Sequence record: OV032902.1
Direction: 5' to 3' (one strand)
Length of the DNA stretch: 64,000 nt
The position numbers and the translations under genes were made by a program. Positions 20,315-28,611 of this stretch are shown here, piece by piece. How positions within the stretch are numbered: the stretch's first letter is position 1; each line of letters starts with the position of its first letter. The notes beneath the pieces were generated by a model. It worked only from the letters and a program-made list of their open reading frames with translations, had not been told where the DNA came from and did no database searches.

Positions 20315-22495
20315 ATGTTAGTAACTATTAAAAGCAATAAGCCAGGCATCTCTTACGCAGTTGGTAAAAATCCAGCAGCAGGTATGCAAGTAGCAGTGTG
20401 TCGCGAAGGCCAAGCGGCGTCTTGGTACCACGATGAAACATACTGCATGTTGTTCCGTGACGGCATCAACAAAAACTCTTTCGCTAAGAAAGAATTCAAC
20501 TATCTTACTCAAGATGGTGTCCTATGTCCTATGGCAGCCAACGTACTTATCTCTACGGCTAACAAGTCGATCATGACAAGTAACTCTGGCGATAAGGCTA
20601 TCTACTCTGTAGAGCTTGCACAGGTGCAAATCAAGCGCCTTAAAACCGTAGAGCATCTAATGGCTCACTTTGGTGATGAGTGGACGTTTGTTCTTGACGA
20701 GCTTTCTGAGTTCCGCTGTTACCGCTTCGAGCTTGCTCCTAAGACAGAACAACCTCTAGGCAAAGTACTGCGCTTCGTTTGTATGCTTACGATGTTCCTT
20801 TCTTCGAAGGAAGAGTTGAACCTGTCTAAGCTAGATGATTCATTCATTAACCGCTACATGGGTTACTTGGACGAGTTTAATGCTCCTTACTTCGTTCGTT
20901 ACGTATTCGTACGTAACTTGTTTGATTACCCAGATCAATTCGAACGTCGTGAGCATCTGATCAACAAAGACCCGGAAATGGTTTTCCACTTTGGCGATAC
21001 TGGTCGTCAACGTATGGAAGCTATCAAGAAAGTCCTTCCTTGTATGGACCGCATTCTTGACTTGGGCTGTGGTGAAGGTAAAGTACTTTCTAATCTTGTT
21101 CGCTACAAGCAACAGATTGAAGAGTATCATGCGGTAGATATCGACGAGAACGTTCTTGCTGAGGCACAAACAGCAGCTCGTAAAACGCGCTCTGAGGTTG
21201 ATTTCCATTTCCATGGTAACTTGGATGAGTTCTTGACCAATCAAGGTGCTATGAACTTTACAGAGATTCTGTGTACGGAAGTAATCGAACACATGCCTCT
21301 GGAAGAAGCAGAAGCCCTAATCATCAAACTGTTAACAGAAGTTAACTGGACTAAAGCGGTATTCACCACACCTAACAAGTCGTTTAACAAAAACTATTTG
21401 CTAGGCGATGACGAGTTCCGTCATGACGACCATGATTGGGAAATGACTGTTGAAGAGTTCAACGAATGGTTTACTTCGGTAATGGATAAAGTTCCTGGCG
21501 CAGTTAGCTTTGAATGGTTCCCTATCGGTGACCGTGTGGGTGAAGAGCCAACGTCACAGGGCTTTGTTGTTCGCAACCAAGATCTACCTAAGCGCGCTAT
21601 CCTGACTATTGGTGCTCCTGGTTCTGGTAAGTCGCTATGGGCTTCTCGCTTCGATGACGATCATAACTGGATTGAAATCAACCGTGACATTGCTCGCTTT
21701 GGTCGTGGTAAACCTAAAGACTGGACACAGTACGAGTTCTGTCCTAAGAACGAAGCTATCGTTACTAAGAAGATCAATGCATCTCTTAAGAAAGCTTATC
21801 GTCTAGGTCGTAACATCATCTGTTCGGACACAAACCTAAATGACTTCTTCCGCACCAAGTTCGTAGACGAGCTAAATGCACAGGGTTACTTAGTTGAGTT
21901 CCGTTACTTTGATGTGGCGCTAAAAGAACTTATTCGTCGCAATGAAAACCGCCAAGGTGGTATTCCGTACGAGTCAGTTCTTAACTACTGGCACCGCATG
22001 CAGATGTTAACTCGTCCTGATCTACATGGCCTAAAGGTTTTAAACAAGCAAAACCAATACGCTTGTTACTGTGTAGACTTGGATGGTACTTTGTTTGATA
22101 TCCAAGATCGCCCTGGATATGAAGAGCATCGCTGTGACGAAGACAAAGTCAACGAGCATGTTGCATCTATTGTTCGTGGTCTATTGCTTGGCGGAAACGA
22201 AGTTGTGTTTACGTCCGGTCGTCGTGAAATGGCACGTGAGAAATCACTGAAGAAGATCGAAGAAGCACTAGGTCCTGATCTAGCAGGCCCTGCTTACGAG
22301 TGGTCTTTGAAGATGCGTGCTAACGATGATTCACGTCAAGATGCACTAGTCAAAATCGACATGGTGCGCGAATTGATTAGTTCTGACAAGTACGTCGTAG
22401 CAGCCATCGATGACCGTAAACAAGTTGTTGAAGAGTGCTGGTCTCTACTTGACATTCCTGTATTTAACATCGGTAAACCAACCGAGCGTTTTTAA
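20315..22495 (+). CDS. hen1: Hen1-Pnkp1 fusion: ligase-activating domain + RNA 3'-terminal 2'-O-methyltransferase + polynucleotide 5'-kinase + HAD 3'-phosphatase
   Basis: N-terminal SY...KNP..GM, PYFVR, FGDT..QR; MTase DLGCGEG (D249), EVIEH (322-326), TTPN, FRHDDH.WE; kinase LTIGAPGSGKS (433-440), NRD, DTNLN; HAD DLDGT (588), TSGR, AIDDRKQVV. Confidence 0.9.
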   Translation: MLVTIKSNKPGISYAVGKNPAAGMQVAVCREGQAASWYHDETYCMLFRDGINKNSFAKKEFNYLTQDGVLCPMAANVLISTANKSIMTSNSGDKAIYSVELAQVQIKRLKTVEHLMAHFGDEWTFVLDELSEFRCYRFELAPKTEQPLGKVLRFVCMLTMFLSSKEELNLSKLDDSFINRYMGYLDEFNAPYFVRYVFVRNLFDYPDQFERREHLINKDPEMVFHFGDTGRQRMEAIKKVLPCMDRILDLGCGEGKVLSNLVRYKQQIEEYHAVDIDENVLAEAQTAARKTRSEVDFHFHGNLDEFLTNQGAMNFTEILCTEVIEHMPLEEAEALIIKLLTEVNWTKAVFTTPNKSFNKNYLLGDDEFRHDDHDWEMTVEEFNEWFTSVMDKVPGAVSFEWFPIGDRVGEEPTSQGFVVRNQDLPKRAILTIGAPGSGKSLWASRFDDDHNWIEINRDIARFGRGKPKDWTQYEFCPKNEAIVTKKINASLKKAYRLGRNIICSDTNLNDFFRTKFVDELNAQGYLVEFRYFDVALKELIRRNENRQGGIPYESVLNYWHRMQMLTRPDLHGLKVLNKQNQYACYCVDLDGTLFDIQDRPGYEEHRCDEDKVNEHVASIVRGLLLGGNEVVFTSGRREMAREKSLKKIEEALGPDLAGPAYEWSLKMRANDDSRQDALVKIDMVRELISSDKYVVAAIDDRKQVVEECWSLLDIPVFNIGKPTERF

Positions 22496-22501
22496 CCACG
22501 T

Positions 22502-22519
22502 GGGGCTTCGGCCCCTTTT
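22502..22519 (+). terminator. Terminator closing the RNA repair operon
   Basis: GGGGC-TTCG-GCCCC-TTTT. Confidence 0.7.
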
Positions 22520-22530
22520 GGAGAACAACA

Positions 22531-23793
22531 ATGAATATCAAACCTATCTTTGATTCATACCATCATGGCGATGAACATGTCGTTACTAACACGGCACTTA
22601 AAAACGCCAACCTGTTCAAAGAGTATCTAAAGCTCAAAGACCACTTCTCTGAATCGCTGAAAGCTTTCACGATTACATTTGAAGACTTCCTTGAAATTGA
22701 TACTCCGGCGCTAAAGATCATGCTTCTTAACCGTCTTATCAATCGTCGTCTTTGGGAAGAAACTTATGACCATGAGTTTTCTTTCACTGAAAAAGAACGT
22801 ACTGAATTGTGGACCATGGAAAAGAAACTATTCGATCAAGTTCGCGATAGTCTAGATTCAAAATCTGTGGGCTCATACATTGGTACGCTTCCTACGATTG
22901 CAGCTATTGATGAGTTTGCAAAAGAATGGAATGCGTTAGATATGTTCCTTTCTCCTACGATCTGTATGGAGCGTTTGCTTTACAGCCTTCCTCGCAAGCT
23001 TACCGAAGGCGATGGTTTCTCTGAGCGCATTGCTCACATTACCAAAGTGATGAAAGTCAACAACGGCAATGTTAACACTCAGTCAGAAATCGAAGAATCG
23101 GCTAAGGTTAAAAAGTACATCCTGGAAGACTCTGAGTTGGACTTTGCTACAATCCAAGTTGCTTCTGTTCGCTCAATGCTTGTACTGGCTAATCGCATCA
23201 AACTTGACGATGGCCAATTCGATCGTGCTCTAGCTATTCTAGAATTCCTTGCTCCTAAGCTTGGAAATAACTGGGCGGCTACCAATGCGATTGGCTTCAA
23301 TAACAATAGCATTGATTCAACTGAACGCATGAAAAAGTACGACGAGTTCCTCAAGGCTCATTCGCCTCTTGAAGTTCTTGACGTTAAGACATGGGAAGTA
23401 GTAGGCAAAGACATTACGGCTAAGCTGATAGCTGATTCAATTAAGGCGGAAGTATCTGATAAAGGTACTATTACTGTCTTTGGTCTTGGTAACATTGCTG
23501 AGTTCTATGAAATCCCTATCGTAGAAACCAACAAGTTTTTTGATGATGCTTCGCTTAGAAAAGCCTGTGAAACTTACATCAAGAAACATGGCTTCTTAAT
23601 GCTGGATGCATCGCATCGTCATATCGGTAAGATGATTGACTGGAACTCCATCGATACTCTGATGTTGGAGCTAGGCGAGAAACACTTGGTTATCACCAGC
23701 CGTCTATGTTTCCGCATTGGCGTTCGAAAAGGTTCTCAGCGCATCGAGCACAAACTGACTCGTAAAGGTCTTACGTTCAGTCTGCGCAAATAA
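22531..23793 (+). CDS. Hypothetical protein
   Basis: GGAG RBS, 420 aa, no recognised motif. Confidence 0.8.
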   Translation: MNIKPIFDSYHHGDEHVVTNTALKNANLFKEYLKLKDHFSESLKAFTITFEDFLEIDTPALKIMLLNRLINRRLWEETYDHEFSFTEKERTELWTMEKKLFDQVRDSLDSKSVGSYIGTLPTIAAIDEFAKEWNALDMFLSPTICMERLLYSLPRKLTEGDGFSERIAHITKVMKVNNGNVNTQSEIEESAKVKKYILEDSELDFATIQVASVRSMLVLANRIKLDDGQFDRALAILEFLAPKLGNNWAATNAIGFNNNSIDSTERMKKYDEFLKAHSPLEVLDVKTWEVVGKDITAKLIADSIKAEVSDKGTITVFGLGNIAEFYEIPIVETNKFFDDASLRKACETYIKKHGFLMLDASHRHIGKMIDWNSIDTLMLELGEKHLVITSRLCFRIGVRKGSQRIEHKLTRKGLTFSLRK

Positions 23794-23797
23794 CATC

Positions 23798-23840
23798 TAG
23801 CCTATCTGCCTTCGGGCAGATAGGTTATTTATTTTGATTC
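23798..23840 (+). terminator. Terminator
   Basis: TAGCCTATCTGCC-TTCG-GGCAGATAGGTTA then TTTATTTT. Confidence 0.8.
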
Positions 23841-23851
23841 TGAATTGTTTT

Positions 23852-23867
23852 TTATCTCTATATTACC
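23852..23867 (+). promoter_or_regulatory. phiKZ-type early promoter (TTATCTCTATATTACC)
   Basis: 16-mer identical to 36661-36676; contains TATATTAC. Confidence 0.75.
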
Positions 23868-23908
23868 TTTATGAGTTTATTGGATATAAATCACAAAGGA
23901 GATTTATC

Positions 23909-24274
23909 ATGGGTCACAAAACATTACAAGCTTTATCTGACTTTGGTTTTCGAGTCAAAGTATCTGGAACATCCGATCTTGGCGAAAGCGGCATTCGCTT
24001 TAAAGTAAAGATCACAACAACCAACGATCGTTCGGTTGAATTCCAACAGGGTTCTTGTTTAACTAGTCCTTATGGTCTCATTACTTTACTTAACGGCCAA
24101 AAGGTAGAAAACCTATCTAAGATGGCATATGGCAAACTGGAAGATATGTTCGAACGTGTCGCTAAACAGAATGGCGGTCGACTTGTTGCGGTAACTTACG
24201 ATAAGTTCGGCAATCGCTCTGAAGCTGATCTTACCCATATCCTAAAAATCATCGGAGAAGAAAACAATGCTTAA
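23909..24274 (+). CDS. Hypothetical early protein
   Basis: AAGGAG RBS before ATG 23909. Confidence 0.75.
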   Translation: MGHKTLQALSDFGFRVKVSGTSDLGESGIRFKVKITTTNDRSVEFQQGSCLTSPYGLITLLNGQKVENLSKMAYGKLEDMFERVAKQNGGRLVAVTYDKFGNRSEADLTHILKIIGEENNA

Positions 24275-24656
24275 TCTAATAATTGTTATCGTCTGGGCAG
24301 TAGCCTTTTCAGTTGGCGGCTTTGTCGCTATTGACTCTGCACTAGAACTAACTGGACACTATGCAGTAGTCATGAAGATTCTTCTGGTTATTGCAGTTGT
24401 ACTTGTGGGTAAATTCTATATTGCCTACACTAAAGAACCAAAGAAAGAATATCTGCAATCTATGCTCTGTCTTATGATTGTGGTTTTCCCTTTCTTTCTT
24501 CTAGGCGTGGACTATCGATTCATCGAAGTATTCGAATGGGCCGAATGGAATAAAGATATGGCGGGTGCTGTTATGACCGTCGGCTGTGTGCTTGCTTTCG
24601 TGTTTGCTATCCTTATGGATAACTGGCACGATCGCAAGTATCCACAAAAGAAATGA
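24267..24656 (+). CDS. Four-TM membrane protein
   Basis: 129 aa, four hydrophobic segments. Confidence 0.75.
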   Translation: MLNLIIVIVWAVAFSVGGFVAIDSALELTGHYAVVMKILLVIAVVLVGKFYIAYTKEPKKEYLQSMLCLMIVVFPFFLLGVDYRFIEVFEWAEWNKDMAGAVMTVGCVLAFVFAILMDNWHDRKYPQKK

Positions 24657-24670
24657 ATCTGAAAAGATAT

Positions 24671-24686
24671 TCATCTCTATATTACC
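24671..24686 (+). promoter_or_regulatory. phiKZ-type early promoter (TCATCTCTATATTACC)
   Basis: TATATTAC at 24678-24685. Confidence 0.75.
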
Positions 24687-24791
24687 TATATGGATGAGAT
24701 GCATTAAACATCAATTCCCTCCCTCTTAGGCTTCGGCTTAAGAGGGGTTAATCAACTATCTAAACTAAAATTTTTGTTCAAGGAGAACATC

Positions 24792-25205
24792 ATGACTTTC
24801 GCACGTTCAACTTCAATCCTAACTGTTATCGCAATCCAAGTTCTATTTGTATCTATCTACCTGTTCCTACGTAACCAAGCTTTACCGGTTCTACCAGAAG
24901 GAATGGAGTGGGTAACTTACCGTGACATGGATATCCTGTCAGTCGGCCTAGGCTACATGGGTATGTGGTACTTTAAAGAAACTAAAACCGCTGCTGTATT
25001 CCAAGCGGTGTTCGGTGCACTACCTGGCTACATCGTATCTGTCGCAATGCTATCGTGGATTGGCGTACATTACAATGTTGTCTTCTCGTTCCTTGGTTTA
25101 ATTGTTGCTGCCGGATCTGCATGTTTCACCGGCATGATTACTCCATACTACGAAGCTCTACAAACTAAGCTAGGCTTCTTCGAGCGTCTATACGCTAAAC
25201 TATAG
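24792..25205 (+). CDS. Four-TM membrane protein
   Basis: AAGGAG RBS before ATG 24792; four hydrophobic segments. Confidence 0.75.
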   Translation: MTFARSTSILTVIAIQVLFVSIYLFLRNQALPVLPEGMEWVTYRDMDILSVGLGYMGMWYFKETKTAAVFQAVFGALPGYIVSVAMLSWIGVHYNVVFSFLGLIVAAGSACFTGMITPYYEALQTKLGFFERLYAKL

Positions 25206-25208
25206 TGA

Positions 25209-25250
25209 TAAACTCGGAGTCTCTTGCGAGAGGCTCCCATGATTATCATT
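25209..25250 (+). repeat. Intergenic hairpin element, copy 1
   Basis: TAAACTC-GGAGTCTCT-TGCG-AGAGGCTCC-CATGATTATCATT. Confidence 0.85.
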
Positions 25251-25273
25251 CACAACTAAATAAGGAAAACATT

Positions 25274-25546
25274 ATGTCTTTTACTGTATCTTTCATCATG
25301 CCACGTTTCATGGAATCTGAGTGTCTAGAAGTTATGCGTCCTGCTGAGATGCGTGACGGTGAACGCGCTTTCCGTGGTAAGATTACCTACAAGAAACAAT
25401 ACGTTGATCTATACCGTAACGGTAACAAGTTCAACGGTTGTATTCTTGCAATGAAAGAATTCGATTCTAAAGAAGAAGCTGAAGCATACAAAGCTAAGGT
25501 TTCTAAAGTAGAAGGAATTGACGAAATTCAAATCAACGAAAAGTAA
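25274..25546 (+). CDS. Hypothetical early protein
   Basis: TAAGGA RBS before ATG 25274; C-terminal FDSKEEAEAY. Confidence 0.75.
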   Translation: MSFTVSFIMPRFMESECLEVMRPAEMRDGERAFRGKITYKKQYVDLYRNGNKFNGCILAMKEFDSKEEAEAYKAKVSKVEGIDEIQINEK

Positions 25547-25589
25547 TAAACTCGATGTCGCTTACGAGCGGCATCTATGATTATTATTC
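25547..25589 (+). repeat. Intergenic hairpin element, copy 2
   Basis: TAAACTC-GATGTCGCT-TACG-AGCGGCATC-TATGATTATTATT. Confidence 0.85.
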
Positions 25590-25609
25590 ATACTGAAAAG
25601 GAAAACAAT

Positions 25610-25987
25610 ATGTACACAACTATCGCAATTATCATCATGGCTTCTGTAGCTTTCATCGTAGCAAACTTCTTGAAAGACAAGTGCGCTTACAAATCTCAAA
25701 AGCAAGAAGAGCTAAATGAAGTATTCGACCATTACGAAAAATGCATGTTCAAAGAATCTGAAGGCATCAACGTAATGACTCTTGAAGAAATTAGTGCAGT
25801 AGCGATGAATGCACCTAAAACAGAATTAGGTTACTGCTTCCGTCGCTACTTCCTAGTCCACCTAAAAGAAACAATGGATGCAGAAGACATTACGTTCAAC
25901 TCTATCCAAGCTAAGCAGGCAGCAGAAACAGCATACGGTTCTTGTATGACTGACTACGGCCTACCTGAAATGCAAATTCAACAGTAA
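25610..25987 (+). CDS. Hypothetical protein, N-terminal TM
   Basis: AAGGA RBS before ATG 25610; TM IAIIIMASVAFIVANFL. Confidence 0.75.
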   Translation: MYTTIAIIIMASVAFIVANFLKDKCAYKSQKQEELNEVFDHYEKCMFKESEGINVMTLEEISAVAMNAPKTELGYCFRRYFLVHLKETMDAEDITFNSIQAKQAAETAYGSCMTDYGLPEMQIQQ

Positions 25988-26030
25988 TATACTCGATGTC
26001 ATCTGCGGGTGGCATCCATGAATATTATTT
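25988..26030 (+). repeat. Intergenic hairpin element, copy 3
   Basis: TATACTC-GATGTCATC-TGCG-GGTGGCATC-CATGAATATTATT. Confidence 0.85.
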
Positions 26031-26051
26031 ACAGCACTTAAGGAAACTATT

Positions 26052-26357
26052 ATGAAAACTCTATCTTTTATTCTATCTGTAATGTTCGTTCTATTCGTAC
26101 AAAACGCAAACGCTGCACAAACTGATGTTAAACTAGAAATCATCGATGCTGTTGTTTGTTCTCAAATGTCTTTTACTGACGCTGCCTTTGAAGCTGAAAC
26201 TTACCTAGAAGAAGAACGTACAATGTACGCTCCTGAGTTCTTTGGTGAAGCGATGTCTAAAGGTAACGCTCGTGTATCTGAACTAACTATGTTAGAAAGC
26301 TTTGACGCTGACGCAGTTGAAGCTACTGTTAACAACCACTGTGAATCTTTCCTATAA
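26052..26357 (+). CDS. Secreted acidic protein (Sec signal peptide)
   Basis: MKTLSFILSVMFVLFVQNANA|AQ. Confidence 0.75.
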   Translation: MKTLSFILSVMFVLFVQNANAAQTDVKLEIIDAVVCSQMSFTDAAFEAETYLEEERTMYAPEFFGEAMSKGNARVSELTMLESFDADAVEATVNNHCESFL

Positions 26358-26381
26358 TCTAAAGTCTAAGGAGACTATATC

Positions 26382-27167
26382 ATGAAAAAAGTATCACCAT
26401 CAACAGCAGCAGCTATCGCTTGTGTAGGCTACATCGCCGCAGTTCTAATCGCATTCTCTTTCGCAATGAAAGCAGAAGCAAGTGAACTTGAGTTCGAACA
26501 GAAAGCACGCGCTATCGTAGAACACCATATCAATGCACAAGACGATATGGTACATGTCCAGCTCAAGGCTGTTGTTCCACTTGACAAGAAAGCAGACTAC
26601 GACGAAACATTAGCTATCGCATATTCAGAACTATGTGAGCGCTACTGTACATTTAATCGTGCAGAAGAAGCTAAAGCTCTTCGTCAACTTGCTGACGGTC
26701 TAGTACTACAAGGCGAAGCTATTTCAATTCAGAAATCTATCCTGTTTGAAAACATTCGCAAAGGCGATTGGAACAGCTACCAAGAAATCATGCACGATCA
26801 TCACATGACTGCATTCAACAAGTACATGGATAAAGAAATCAATGTACTAGCGGAACAGTACACCGACTGGCTAAACTCGCTAAGCAATGAATCTTTCCGT
26901 TTAGCATTAGCTGACTTGTGTACTAACAGTGGTACTGCTTGTGAACTATATCTATCTCGTGCAGCGGCAGCTTACAAATTTGCTCCTGATGGTATTGTGG
27001 GTAACACTAAGCAATACTTGATTGATCGTTCGGCTACTAGTGCAATTGATCGCATGATGATCAAGAACCTACTTCAAGACTTTGCTATGAACAATGTCGT
27101 ATATGAGGATATCGCAGCTGCTCTACTAGCTCGCGATTACCTAATCTACGAAGCAGCATACAAGTAA
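26382..27167 (+). CDS. Secreted or anchored helical protein (signal peptide)
   Basis: MKK...IAAVLIAFSFAMKAEA|SE. Confidence 0.75.
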   Translation: MKKVSPSTAAAIACVGYIAAVLIAFSFAMKAEASELEFEQKARAIVEHHINAQDDMVHVQLKAVVPLDKKADYDETLAIAYSELCERYCTFNRAEEAKALRQLADGLVLQGEAISIQKSILFENIRKGDWNSYQEIMHDHHMTAFNKYMDKEINVLAEQYTDWLNSLSNESFRLALADLCTNSGTACELYLSRAAAAYKFAPDGIVGNTKQYLIDRSATSAIDRMMIKNLLQDFAMNNVVYEDIAAALLARDYLIYEAAYK

Positions 27168-27210
27168 TATACTCGGAGTCTCTTGCGAGAGGCTCCTCTG
27201 AATATTATTT
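27168..27210 (+). repeat. Intergenic hairpin element, copy 4
   Basis: TATACTC-GGAGTCTCT-TGCG-AGAGGCTCC-TCTGAATATTATT; stem-loop identical to copy 1. Confidence 0.85.
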
Positions 27211-27234
27211 AATCTACCTCAAAAGGAATACAAA

Positions 27235-27711
27235 ATGAAAAACCTATTTGCAATCATCCTAGCTACTCTTTCAATCAACGTATTTGCAGCTGACTTCGAT
27301 AACATGACTCAAGCTGAAATCGATGCTTACTGGGCAGAACAAGATGCTGGTGAAGAATACGGCGAAGAATCTCCGTTCTACTTTACTAAAGAAGAAGGCG
27401 TAATTATTTACCAATACGCTGAAATGTGTGCAGCTGTTTGTCCAGCAGACGGCGGCATGTACGAAGCTAACGAAATGCTAGACGCGTTTAAAGTTGTTGG
27501 TCATGACCTTCACTTTACACAAGCTGGTATTGAAATCCGTTACGGCATCAAGCGCATCCGTAAAGCACTTGTTGAAGGTAACCAATACGCTGTTGACAAA
27601 GAAGTAAAACGCTTCATGTCCGATCACGATCTATTCTGGATGGCTTACGAGACTCTAGTAACTGAACGTGAAAACTGGGCAGTTGATTCAACTAACGCAT
27701 TTGAAAAGTAA
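27235..27711 (+). CDS. Secreted acidic protein (Sec signal peptide)
   Basis: MKNLFAIILATLSINVFA|ADF. Confidence 0.78.
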   Translation: MKNLFAIILATLSINVFAADFDNMTQAEIDAYWAEQDAGEEYGEESPFYFTKEEGVIIYQYAEMCAAVCPADGGMYEANEMLDAFKVVGHDLHFTQAGIEIRYGIKRIRKALVEGNQYAVDKEVKRFMSDHDLFWMAYETLVTERENWAVDSTNAFEK

Positions 27712-27768
27712 TAAACTCGATGTCGCTTTCGAGCGGCATCTATGATTATTATTTTATCTCTATATAAC
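27712..27768 (+). repeat. Intergenic hairpin element, copy 5, followed by promoter variant TATATAAC
   Basis: TAAACTC-GATGTCGCT-TTCG-AGCGGCATC-TATGATTATTATT-TTATCTCTATATAAC. Confidence 0.85.
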
Positions 27769-27783
27769 CTTAAGGACTATCCA

Positions 27784-28026
27784 ATGAAATCACTCCTAAC
27801 GCTACCAATCCGTGCTCAACAAATCGCTTGTATCATGGAAGACAAAAACGAAACACAATACATCTTTATCTGTAACCGTAAGTGTATCGTTCAGAAAACA
27901 AACAGTAGTCCTAAGAAGCCTTCTAAGTTCATCGCAACTACAAGCTTCTCTAGCATCAATGAAGCAATTGCGTTCGAGCAAAAGCTTAATGCTAAGGGCA
28001 TCGAATATTACGCAGCTCGTTACTAG
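27784..28026 (+). CDS. Hypothetical protein
   Basis: TAAGGA RBS before ATG 27784; SFSSINEAIAFEQKLNAKGI. Confidence 0.7.
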   Translation: MKSLLTLPIRAQQIACIMEDKNETQYIFICNRKCIVQKTNSSPKKPSKFIATTSFSSINEAIAFEQKLNAKGIEYYAARY

Positions 28027-28034
28027 GAGGTAAC

Positions 28035-28259
28035 ATGACTGAACTAGCAATCACCATTTTGCTTATTCTTGGCATCAGTACAGTAATAGGTTATGTTTGC
28101 TCTCTGGCCATCTATTATCGCGGCCAGTCAAATGACGACTTTAAACAATTTTTAATCACGATGCTGGTCTTATGCATCGTTGTAGTCGACGTGTTTCTCA
28201 TCATGGAGGCAATCGCCCTGTTTATTGAGAAGCACTATCTAATCCCACAGGCTCTATAA
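28035..28259 (+). CDS. Small two-TM membrane protein
   Basis: AGGAGG RBS; two hydrophobic segments. Confidence 0.7.
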   Translation: MTELAITILLILGISTVIGYVCSLAIYYRGQSNDDFKQFLITMLVLCIVVVDVFLIMEAIALFIEKHYLIPQAL

Positions 28260-28269
28260 GGAGATCATC

Positions 28270-28611
28270 ATGTCTGTAGCTAAACAACAACTATTCGCAA
28301 TCCTTCACACTTTCCCTCGTTCTCAAAAGTACGATATTCTTCCGCACATTAACGAAGCTCTGTATAGTGAACTCAAAGCTACACTTACAGACTTCTTCGA
28401 TAGCGCTCCGGAAGAAGTTCTTCATAAAGGTCGTAACTACTACGTTTGGCAAAACGTTGCAATCCTTGAGCCGTTTCCTAACGCGGATGGTGGTTGCTTC
28501 GAGTTTGAAGTATTCGTAGGCGGTAAGTCTTCAGCTATTCGTGATAGTCTTCGTGAAACTATCAATACGTGCTTCTTTGAAGTAATGGGAGATTTTGACG
28601 TATGCAAGTAA
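28270..28611 (+). CDS. Hypothetical protein
   Basis: AAGGAG RBS, 113 aa. Confidence 0.75.
   Translation: MSVAKQQLFAILHTFPRSQKYDILPHINEALYSELKATLTDFFDSAPEEVLHKGRNYYVWQNVAILEPFPNADGGCFEFEVFVGGKSSAIRDSLRETINTCFFEVMGDFDVCK

Noticed and set aside
25206-27760. CRISPR array
   Set aside because: Repeats are separated by 300-1200 nt of RBS-bearing ORFs, not 25-45-nt spacers; no cas genes
25206-27760. Integron cassette array with attC/VCR sites
   Set aside because: No RYYYAAC...GTTRRRY core pair, elements only ~45 nt, no integrase in window
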